This document shows positions 9,372-16,499 of a DNA stretch of 24,161 nucleotides, piece by piece. Made by a program: the position numbers and the translations under genes. This stretch comes from Sulfuricellaceae bacterium. Lineage in GTDB: Bacteria; Pseudomonadota; Gammaproteobacteria; Burkholderiales; UBA9220. The stretch spans positions 1-24,161 of the forward strand of contig JAIOJO010000067.1 in the NCBI GenBank assembly GCA_019911985.1, given 5' to 3'. The notes under the pieces are model-generated. The model was not told the DNA's origin and did not search any database. It was given only the letters and a program-made list of their open reading frames with translations. Each line of letters begins with the position of its first letter. The first letter of the stretch is position 1.

Positions 9372-9715
9372 GCGGCGAAAATCCTTATTTTTCACACGGC
9401 ATAGAATTTTCTGGCCTTTGTCACAACCTGCAAAACCAGCCGCCAGAATGGGCTGGTGGCTTATTTACAAAAGAATATGACCCTCTTCGGCTTATTGCGA
9501 TTGAACGGCAAGCTGACAATATCGAACAATCGGCGCTTTCGGGTGCTAAGGCTGTTGGAGAACTTCTGGCTGTTGCCATTCGAACCGGCGAGCTGGACAA
9601 GAACACGATTGAAAGTGCCGGCTGGCTGATTAAGTTTCTTGCTGATCTTGCACAAGAAACCGGAGTTATTTCTTCAAGCGCCAGACATACTGTTGAACAT
9701 GGCGCATTAATCTGA
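9368..9715 (+). CDS. Hypothetical element protein (115 aa)
   Basis: AAGGAGG RBS upstream; co-oriented with the element; helical C-terminal half; no family recognised. Confidence 0.7.
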   Translation: MSGENPYFSHGIEFSGLCHNLQNQPPEWAGGLFTKEYDPLRLIAIERQADNIEQSALSGAKAVGELLAVAIRTGELDKNTIESAGWLIKFLADLAQETGVISSSARHTVEHGALI

Positions 9716-9722
9716 CCGTTTT

Positions 9723-9787
9723 GCCGCGCCTAGCCCGAGGCTGATCCCCGAGGGCGAAAACCGGGCACCTTCACCCGGCGGCGCGGC
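9723..9787 (+). ncRNA. Candidate cloverleaf regulatory RNA (c4/CI-like)
   Basis: 8-bp closing stem GCCGCGCC/GGCGCGGC enclosing two hairpins, in an intergenic gap. Function inferred only. Confidence 0.4.
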
Positions 9788-9822
9788 TCCTGATTGAAGG
9801 CTGCACTTTGAAGGGGTGTGAA

Positions 9823-10296
9823 ATGCCGAGACTAGATATTTCACCTGAGATCGAATCAGAACAACTTGATTATTTTCGAACAACGTTCGAGATGATGACG
9901 GGAAATAGCCGCGTAAGTGCATTATTTGGCGCAATCAGGTTTTGTGGAAATCAGGAAATACCCATGCCGCAATGGGTTGTAAATGCTTTTTACTCTGCAA
10001 CCAACGAGTGGCTTGGTATGCGTGCCTGTAGTCTTGATGAATCCTTTGGAGCGAAACCACGCACCATAAAAAGAATGGCTCAAATGAAGCTGAGAAGCTT
10101 GGCTTTTCATAAAGTGCAGATTGCTGCTAGAGCAGCAAAACAACATGGCAATTCAATTAACATTTCCTTTTTCGATGAACTGAGCGAAAAGATTGGGCTG
10201 GGCAAAACGGCACTTCAAGAACTGTATTACGGCAAAAGAAACAGAAAACCCCTAACCCGCGAAAAATCAAAAAAACGCGGGATTACTAAAAAATAA
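9823..10296 (+). CDS. Hypothetical AT-rich protein (157 aa) with possible C-terminal HTH
   Basis: AAGGGG RBS before ATG 9823; FFDELSEKIGLGKTALQELYY resembles an HTH; basic tail. Confidence 0.7.
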   Translation: MPRLDISPEIESEQLDYFRTTFEMMTGNSRVSALFGAIRFCGNQEIPMPQWVVNAFYSATNEWLGMRACSLDESFGAKPRTIKRMAQMKLRSLAFHKVQIAARAAKQHGNSINISFFDELSEKIGLGKTALQELYYGKRNRKPLTREKSKKRGITKK

Positions 10297-10363
10297 CAAA
10301 CATTCATGCTTGCCGCCATGAGCTTATCCAGTCCCGGATGGGCCGTACCGAAAGGACGAAATC

Positions 10364-10606
10364 ATGGCAGCCCAACTTGCAGAACTCAACACCCAGCGCC
10401 TCACCATCCTTCGCCGTCGAGAAGTTGAACGGCGCACCGGACTTTCCAGAACGTCCCTGTATGAACGCATTGCAGCCGGAACCTTTCCGCGCCCTGTAAA
10501 TCTTGGCGGAGGGCAGAGTGTTGGCTGGTATGAACACGAAGTAGAAACGTGGATTTCCAGCCTCCCCCGTGCCCGTGCGGGCGAACGCGCCGAATCCGCC
10601 AAGTAA
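10364..10606 (+). CDS. alpA: AlpA-family regulator / recombination directionality factor
   Basis: ILRRREVERRTGLSRTSLYERIAAGTFPRPVNLG..SVGWYEHEVETWI is the AlpA pattern. Confidence 0.95.
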   Translation: MAAQLAELNTQRLTILRRREVERRTGLSRTSLYERIAAGTFPRPVNLGGGQSVGWYEHEVETWISSLPRARAGERAESAK

Positions 10607-10616
10607 GGCGGGCGCA

Positions 10617-10820
10617 ATGAAAAATCACTCCAAAACCAACTACAGAAACGTTCCTGGCGGCAGCGGACTAAACCCTAACACCCGAGGGCCAATGATTCCC
10701 GTTGCGCTTGAGGACTTGCTAACCAGCGGCTCCCGTACCCAACGCCGTTGGGCATCAAAAGAGCTGCGCAAGTTGTCCCGCGAGAAGGTGAAAGCGAGTA
10801 GCGAAGGGAGCGCGGCATGA
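10617..10820 (+). CDS. Small basic hypothetical protein (67 aa)
   Basis: Fills the alpA-primase gap; stop overlaps the primase ATG (ATGA). Confidence 0.55.
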   Translation: MKNHSKTNYRNVPGGSGLNPNTRGPMIPVALEDLLTSGSRTQRRWASKELRKLSREKVKASSEGSAA

Positions 10821-11647
10821 TTAGCTTCGAGCGTAAGTTTCTTGATGCTCTCCGATCTGCCGGACTGGAGCCAGTGAAGGCCGACATTGACGCTGATGGC
10901 GTATTGCACCGTTACCGAGTAACGGGCGACAAGGCAGGCAGCATGAACGGCTGGTACGTGCTCCACGCTTCCCCTGTTCCTGCTGGCGCTTTCGGCTCCT
11001 GGAAAACAGGCGAAACTCACTCCTGGCGTGATGATGTAACCAGGACTGCCACCCCGGCAGAGCGTGCCGAGTTGCAGCGACAAATGCAGGCCATGAAAGC
11101 GGCGCGTGCCGAGGAGGAAAGGCGCGTGCGGGATGCTGCCAGAGCCAAGGCCGCCAAGCTGTGGCTGATGGCCAAGCCTGCACCGGGCGATCATCCCTAC
11201 CTGGCGCGAAAGCGGGTCAAGGCATGGGGTCTGCGGCAGTTGAACAACATGCTGTTGATCCCGGCTCGCGATGCCGCCGGGCAGCTCCATACCCTGCAAT
11301 TCATCGGCGCTGATGGCAACAAGCGGTTCCTGACAGGCGGGCGCATTCAGGGCTGCTATTACGCAATTGGACGGGTTCGCGGCGCGGTGCTGGTGGCAGA
11401 GGGCTATGCCACGGCAGCAAGCATATTTGAGGCGTCTGGCCATGCCGTGGCGGTGGCCTTCAACGCCGGGAACCTGGAGCCAGTGGCGCGTGCAATACGT
11501 TCAAAATTCCCAAAATTGCACATTGTCATTTGCGCCGATGATGACACGGCGACACCCGGCAACCCCGGACTGACCAAAGCGACCGAGGCGGCACGCGCTG
11601 TGCATGGCTGGGTGGCAAAGCCTGATTTCAGCGGGGTGGCGGCATGA
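10817..11647 (+). CDS. Toprim-domain DNA primase (TraC/P4-alpha-like, no zinc finger seen)
   Basis: LQFIGADGNKRFL.GG, VAEGYATA, VAFNAGNL and ICADDD Toprim motifs. Confidence 0.9.
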   Translation: MISFERKFLDALRSAGLEPVKADIDADGVLHRYRVTGDKAGSMNGWYVLHASPVPAGAFGSWKTGETHSWRDDVTRTATPAERAELQRQMQAMKAARAEEERRVRDAARAKAAKLWLMAKPAPGDHPYLARKRVKAWGLRQLNNMLLIPARDAAGQLHTLQFIGADGNKRFLTGGRIQGCYYAIGRVRGAVLVAEGYATAASIFEASGHAVAVAFNAGNLEPVARAIRSKFPKLHIVICADDDTATPGNPGLTKATEAARAVHGWVAKPDFSGVAA

Positions 11648-13212
11648 GCGCCGTCATGACTGATTTTAATGACCTGGCGCTTGCTGCTGGCCCTGATGTG
11701 CTGCTTCAGCAGTTGGGCAAGGCGAAGCCAGCAACGCCACTCAATAACCCGGCTGAATGGCCTGATCCGCTGCTCCCCGGCAAGATCAACGTTCCCGACA
11801 TTCCAACGTCCATTCTCCCTAGCTGGGCTGGCGCGATGGCGCAGGCGGTGGCGGATAGTACCCAAACCAGCCCCACGCTGGCGGTGATGCTGACCCTTTC
11901 CGTTCTTGCCACTGTGCTGCAACGCCGCTTCGAGGTGGCCCCATATGGCGCTGATGATGACTACAGCGAGCCGTTGGCGGTATGGACCTTAACCGGGCTG
12001 GGCAGCGGGAACCGCAAGACGGCGGTAATCAATTCCCTCGCCGCCCCGCTGGTGTATTGGGAGAAGTTGGAGCGCGACCGTATGCGGTCCGAGATTGCAC
12101 GGGTAACAGCGGCGCGGGCGGTGGGAAAGAAGCGTATCGAGAAACTGCTCAAGGACGCCAGCAACGCGGACAACGACGATTCCAGAGCACGGATTCAGGC
12201 GCAGATTCAGCAGGAGGAGGAAGCCATGCCAGCCGAGGTTAGAGCGCCACGGCTTTACACCGGGGACTGCACGGCGGAGCGTTTGCAAGGGCTGCTGGTA
12301 GAACAGGGCGAACGCATGGCGGTTTTGTCTGATGAGTCTGGCATATTCCTGATTATGGCCGGCATCTACTCGGGCGGCATTGCCAACCTGGATGTATTCC
12401 TACAGGGACATGCCGGGACGCCCATGCGCGTGGATCGTGCCGAGCGATCCGCCCATATCGACAAGCCCGCCTTGTCCTTCGGCCTGGCGCTGCAACCCGG
12501 CGTGATGGCTGACGTGGCCAGCTCACGGCGCTTTCGGGATAGCGGCCTGCTGGCGCGATTCCTGTTCGCCATGCCTGAATCAAACGTGGGCAAGCGTGAC
12601 GTGCGGAGGCGCGTGACGATCCCCGAGCATGTCCGGGCGGCTTACGCGCGCGGTCTGTTCGCCCTGCTGGAACAGCGCCCTGCAGTACCAGGAAACCCAA
12701 GGATCATTCCATTTACTGAACAGGCGCTTGATTGCTGGATAGATTTCGCTGAGGAGATCGAGACCCAGCAGGGCGAGGGCGGAAAGCTGGAAGGGATTGC
12801 CGATTGGTCATCAAAGTTACCCGGTGCGGCGGCGCGGGTTTCGGCGCTGCTGGAGTTGGCAGAAGTGGGCCTGCACGCCGAAAGCGTAAGTCACCAGTCA
12901 GTGGCGCGGGCGGTGGAGTTGGGCGGCCTGCTGATCCCACACGCTCAGGCGGCATTCGGCCTGCTGGGTGCGGACGCTACTGAGGCAGACGCCAGCGCCA
13001 TTGTGAAGTGGCTACGCGAGAACAGCAGCGGTTACTTCAAGCGCAGTACATGCCAGAAGGCGATGGAGGGGCGATTCCGTACCGTGGACAAGCTCAAGAA
13101 GGCGCTGGATAGACTGGTCCAGTGTGATGTGCTCAGAGAGGAAAAGCTACCAAACAAAGGTGCACCGCCAAGCATTTGCTATCGAGTCAATCCGAAGTGT
13201 CTGTCTACATGA
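11644..13212 (+). CDS. DUF3987/YfjI-family replication (helicase-like) protein
   Basis: Degenerate P-loop GLGSGNRKT, TAERL, VLSDE, SGLLARFLF, winged-helix-like C-terminus; coupled to the primase by ATGA. Confidence 0.85.
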   Translation: MSAVMTDFNDLALAAGPDVLLQQLGKAKPATPLNNPAEWPDPLLPGKINVPDIPTSILPSWAGAMAQAVADSTQTSPTLAVMLTLSVLATVLQRRFEVAPYGADDDYSEPLAVWTLTGLGSGNRKTAVINSLAAPLVYWEKLERDRMRSEIARVTAARAVGKKRIEKLLKDASNADNDDSRARIQAQIQQEEEAMPAEVRAPRLYTGDCTAERLQGLLVEQGERMAVLSDESGIFLIMAGIYSGGIANLDVFLQGHAGTPMRVDRAERSAHIDKPALSFGLALQPGVMADVASSRRFRDSGLLARFLFAMPESNVGKRDVRRRVTIPEHVRAAYARGLFALLEQRPAVPGNPRIIPFTEQALDCWIDFAEEIETQQGEGGKLEGIADWSSKLPGAAARVSALLELAEVGLHAESVSHQSVARAVELGGLLIPHAQAAFGLLGADATEADASAIVKWLRENSSGYFKRSTCQKAMEGRFRTVDKLKKALDRLVQCDVLREEKLPNKGAPPSICYRVNPKCLST

Positions 13213-13229
13213 TCGAGTTATTCGCCATA

Positions 13230-13377
13230 AAGCTTATTTAAGACTATTTATATTTAATATCAATTACATAGTGAGATAGAGCATGACACCCAATCGAAAA
13301 AGTCGAATAAGTCGAAGAAGCCAAATAAATCAACCAGGGCCATTTTTCGGTAATTCGACTTTTTCGACTTATTCGAT
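13230..13377. repeat. AT-rich tract plus inverted 9-bp iteron-like arrays (putative ori)
   Basis: TCGAAAAAG/TCGAATAAG/TCGAAGAAG tandem at 13294-13320; reverse-complement copies at 13359-13376. Confidence 0.65.
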
Positions 13378-13420
13378 AGGGGTTAGTCGCCGGGATAGGG
13401 AGGTGCGAATAGTACCCATA

Positions 13421-13508
13421 GGGGGTGTAAATCCCTGGAGCGCAAAGCCTATAGACCGGCTGTGTAGTCATATTTTTGCGTGCGCGAGTTTAGTGGGGGG
13501 GGTATCCC
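13421..13508 (+). other. cos-like packaging signal candidate
   Basis: GGGGG...ACCG...GTCA-TA-TTTTT-GCGTGCGCGAG...G8 layout, resembling cos regions of HK97-like phages (recalled, not aligned). Confidence 0.4.
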
Positions 13509-13545
13509 GTGGAGAAAGTCATCAATTCCAATGATTGGAGGTTTT

Positions 13546-13812
13546 ATGAGTACCTGTTTGAAGTGCGGTTTACCCATTGAAGGGCAGGCTGAGACCGGAA
13601 GGCCGAAGTCCTATTGCTCTGTTGGATGTAGGCGATCGGCAGAGCATGAAGTGAGGCGCATCAATTCGCTGCTTCAAAAACTTGAGACTGATCTGAGCAA
13701 TGCTTTGCTGGGCCGTGTATGGGCCGACCAGGTTCCCAAGATCGAGGCCGAGATTTCACGACAAGAAACGCGGTTGCGGATTCTGCTTGATACCGATGAA
13801 TTTGAAAAATAA
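13546..13812 (+). CDS. Hypothetical zinc-finger/coiled-coil protein (88 aa)
   Basis: GGAGG RBS; CxxC...CxxxC (CLKC, CSVGC) followed by an amphipathic helix. Confidence 0.75.
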   Translation: MSTCLKCGLPIEGQAETGRPKSYCSVGCRRSAEHEVRRINSLLQKLETDLSNALLGRVWADQVPKIEAEISRQETRLRILLDTDEFEK

Positions 13813-13887
13813 TTTTCACCACCAAGGCGACATGGGCCGCCCTGGATGGATTATTTAGCCCACAACAACCAAAAAGGAATGCAAAAA

Positions 13888-14169
13888 ATGTTAGGACAAT
13901 CACTACTTATCGACGGCGCATTGGCCGGGGCAATTTCAGATGCAAGCCAGGTTAGCGTTTTAGGCCTGGGCATCAAATCCGCGCTGACCGGCTCTTTAAC
14001 TATCACTGGAATGGCAAACACGGATGGCTCACCGGCAACCTGGACGATTGCGCCGGGAGGTTCTGGCGCTTATTCGCCGCCCGCTGCTGGTCTCGCAAGT
14101 CACCTGAGTTATGCCCTGAGCAGTGCCGCAGACTTGGGAAAAGTGTTTATCGCATTCCGCCCAATTTAA
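13888..14169 (+). CDS. Hypothetical small Gly/Ser/Ala/Thr-rich, beta-strand-like protein (93 aa)
   Basis: AAGGA RBS suits ATG 13888 (alternative 13879); alternating hydrophobic pattern. Confidence 0.65.
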   Translation: MLGQSLLIDGALAGAISDASQVSVLGLGIKSALTGSLTITGMANTDGSPATWTIAPGGSGAYSPPAAGLASHLSYALSSAADLGKVFIAFRPI

Positions 14170-14183
14170 CAAAGGAAAATATT

Positions 14184-14921
14184 ATGCAATTAGCAAACCT
14201 GATTAAAAATCTGAAACTCGGCCCCGATGCCCGCGAAGAACTTGATCGCGTACTGGCGCTACCAGAGGTGGAAGCGATCCTCTCTCGTGAGGAGCATAAA
14301 ACCATCGCTCACCGCCGCGAACTGATGAAGAAGTTGGCAGGCGTGCCAGGGCGTCACTCGAAGTCGATTGAAATCGCCAACCGGAAACTGGCAGAAGCCC
14401 ACCACCTGGCCGAAAAACTGGAAGCCGAACTCATCGAGGCGAAGGCCGCGCACCGCATGGCCGGAATGCTCGCCGATGGCGCGAAACGCGAACAGGAAAA
14501 CGAGCAGGCCGAACTGGTCGCGGAACTTCACGCCGGGAGAGATCGCCGTCTGGATGATCTGTATTTGGCCTTGGACAAGCTCGCCGACCAGGCGCGCGGG
14601 CTGGTGCGAATCTGGCCTCAAACTTACAAAAGTCCACTTGGCTCCCGTGAGGTGCGTTACGTCGGTAACTCTGTCGAGGTGGAAGATGCCCGCAGTTCCA
14701 TACTCGCGGCTCAGCGCAAACTGGAGGCTTTCGCCCTTGGATCAATGACCCGGCAGGAAATCACTGACAGTATGGCGGAAATCTGCGCCAATCTGGTCAA
14801 GCCGCTGGATGCGCTGGACTTGGTGGCACCTTCCATTGATGAAAGTGGCGCAGTAACACAACCCAAAGTCAAAACGGGGGTTGATCTTACGTCCAAACGC
14901 ATCGAGGAGGCCGCCGCATGA
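14184..14921 (+). CDS. Hypothetical coiled-coil protein (245 aa)
   Basis: AAGGA RBS; long E/A/K/L-rich heptad-like N-terminal half; stop overlaps the next ATG. Confidence 0.8.
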   Translation: MQLANLIKNLKLGPDAREELDRVLALPEVEAILSREEHKTIAHRRELMKKLAGVPGRHSKSIEIANRKLAEAHHLAEKLEAELIEAKAAHRMAGMLADGAKREQENEQAELVAELHAGRDRRLDDLYLALDKLADQARGLVRIWPQTYKSPLGSREVRYVGNSVEVEDARSSILAAQRKLEAFALGSMTRQEITDSMAEICANLVKPLDALDLVAPSIDESGAVTQPKVKTGVDLTSKRIEEAAA

Positions 14922-15121
14922 GTCGAGATTTCGAAATTTCGCACAAGAGCGCCTGCGATGCCCTTGGGCTTCAAGCAAATGCACTTGCTTGTATCCCTTT
15001 GGCGTACAGGATAAACCCAGACGGCAGCCGGGTTTCCTGGGCAGCCGACATTGCGCGGCATTTGCGATTGAAGTACCCAGCCCGCGCCTTGGCGAAGATG
15101 AGTTTGAGCCTAACCAAGTAA
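14918..15121 (+). CDS. Hypothetical protein (67 aa)
   Basis: GAGGAGG upstream, ATGA coupling with the previous gene, followed by a hairpin and T run. Confidence 0.55.
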   Translation: MSRDFEISHKSACDALGLQANALACIPLAYRINPDGSRVSWAADIARHLRLKYPARALAKMSLSLTK

Positions 15122-15143
15122 ATCCAAGCACCCACCAACTGAC

Positions 15144-15165
15144 CCGGCCTTTGCGCCGGCTTTTT
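15144..15165 (+). terminator. Weak terminator after the last element gene
   Basis: CCGGC/GCCGG stem followed by CTTTTT. Confidence 0.45.
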
Positions 15166-15202
15166 CATTTTCCAACTAAACAAGGGGTAGCAAAATGAAA
15201 GT

Positions 15203-15222
15203 GGGGGTATATTTGGGGGTAT
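15203..15222 (+). repeat. Right pair of GGGGGTAT motifs (probable integrase arm sites)
   Basis: GGGGGTAT at 15203-15210 and 15215-15222; 12-bp period, same as the left pair. Confidence 0.65.
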
Positions 15223-15279
15223 AAATTGGGCAAAATATTTTTGCATCTAAGCCTATGGCTGTTCTCAGGCAATTATTTC

Positions 15280-15298
15280 ATTCCTTTTGCCGCACCAA
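15280..15298 (+). repeat. attR core (displaced, damaged tRNA 3' fragment)
   Basis: 19 of 20 nt match to 7756-7775 with one G missing. Confidence 0.85.
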
Positions 15299-15305
15299 CA
15301 TCATC

Positions 15306-15340
15306 AAATGGCTTACCGGAAATCCGGTAAGCCATTTTTT
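15306..15340 (+). terminator. Strong terminator, probably the original tRNA terminator displaced by integration
   Basis: AAATGGCTTACCGGA/TCCGGTAAGCCATTT perfect inverted repeat plus T run, 7 bp after attR. Confidence 0.85.
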
Positions 15341-15381
15341 ATCTAAGTGATTGCGGTAGCTTCTTTCCAACGCTGCTTTGA

Positions 15382-16332
15382 TTACTGTTCCTGGCTCAGT
15401 CCGGGAAAGCCCTTTAATCCCCGTAGATAATTTTCACCCAGCAGCTTGCTCTCCTCGCGCAGAAAGTCGAGAAAGGCCTGCGCGACCACGGATAGCTGCT
15501 TGTCCTTGGGGTAGGCCAGATACCAGTTTCGGCGGATCGGAAAGCCCTCGACATCGAGTATGGCGAGTTCGTCGCCGCCGCGTTCCAATGCGAGGGTGTG
15601 CGCCGAAAGCACGGCGATTCCAAGGCTGCCTGCGACCGCCTGCTTGATCGCCTCGTTGCTGCCGAGTTCCATTCTGACCTTGAGCTTTAGCCCGCGTTCC
15701 TGGAAAAACTGCTCGGTGGCCAGGCGGATGCCGGAGCCCGGCTCGCGCATCAGAAACGGCTCTTCCACCAGCCGCTGCGGCGTAATGCGCTTTTTTCCTT
15801 GCAGCGGATGGCTGCTGATAGCCACGACCACCAGCGGATTTTCCAGAAAAGGCTCGAATTCCACCTCCATTCCTTCAGGCGGCTGGCCGAGCACGTACAG
15901 GTCGTCCTGATTGTCGGCCATGCGCTGCAATACCCGCTCGCGGTTGGTCACCTTGAGCGACACGTCGATGCCGGGATAGCGCTGGCAGAACAGTCCGAGC
16001 AGGCGCGGTACGAAATATTTGGCGGTGGTGATCACCGCCAGCCGCAGTTTGCCCGCCTTCACGCCCTGCATGTCGGATATCCGCATTTCGAAACGGGACA
16101 GTCCCTCGAAAATATCGTTGCAGACCTTGAGCAGTTCGGTTCCGGCGGCGGTCAGGAATATACGCTTGCCGATTTGTTCCAGCAGCGGCAGGCCGACGAT
16201 GTCGCTCAATTGCTTGAGCTGGATGGAAACGGTCGGTTGGGTTAGGTGCAGTTCTTCGGCGGCGCGGGTGAAGCTGAGGTTGCGCGCCACCGCCTCGAAT
16301 ACCTTGAGCTGGCGCAAGGTGGCATGTTTCAT
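15382..16332 (-). CDS. cbbR: LysR-family regulator CbbR
   Basis: TLRQLKVFEAVARNLSFTRAAEELHLTQPTVS HTH; AVITTAKYFVP; divergent from cbbL. Confidence 0.95.
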   Translation of the reverse strand: MKHATLRQLKVFEAVARNLSFTRAAEELHLTQPTVSIQLKQLSDIVGLPLLEQIGKRIFLTAAGTELLKVCNDIFEGLSRFEMRISDMQGVKAGKLRLAVITTAKYFVPRLLGLFCQRYPGIDVSLKVTNRERVLQRMADNQDDLYVLGQPPEGMEVEFEPFLENPLVVVAISSHPLQGKKRITPQRLVEEPFLMREPGSGIRLATEQFFQERGLKLKVRMELGSNEAIKQAVAGSLGIAVLSAHTLALERGGDELAILDVEGFPIRRNWYLAYPKDKQLSVVAQAFLDFLREESKLLGENYLRGLKGFPGLSQEQ

Positions 16333-16348
16333 GAGTATTTCCTTGCGG

Positions 16349-16383
16349 GATAATCATAGACGATTATCTATTATTACCCTTGA
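16349..16383. promoter_or_regulatory. Putative CbbR operator
   Basis: Palindrome GATAATC-N6-GATTATC (16349-16368); TNA-N7-TNA boxes at 16354-16366 and 16371-16383 in the AT-rich cbbR-cbbL gap. Confidence 0.6.
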
Positions 16384-16499
16384 AAATTACAATTATTATT
16401 TATGCATTAATGCGCTTAAAGTGTCAACACGCTCCCCCGAGCCACACGTTTTCCCTAAGCGGAAAATAATTGTTTTAACCTGAAATTAAGGAGCTTGCA

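Larger units (their letters stand above)
7756..15298 (+). mobile_element. tRNA-Thr-integrated P4/CP4-like island or phage satellite (~7.5 kb)
   Basis: Bounded by the tRNA 3' end (ATTCCTTTTGCCGGCACCAA, 7756-7775) and a near copy (ATTCCTTTTGCC-GCACCAA, 15280-15298); integrase next to the tRNA; alpA, primase and DUF3987 inside. Confidence 0.92.

Noticed and set aside
10640-11443. 267-aa minus-strand ORF in the element
   Set aside because: Antisense to the primase and the small upstream gene, with no recognisable features.
13294-13376. Short repeats as a possible CRISPR array
   Set aside because: 9-bp tandem units without spacers and no cas genes.
13283-13534. 83-aa ORF over the iteron region
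   Set aside because: Reads through repeat and AT-rich cis sequence with no RBS; more likely non-coding.
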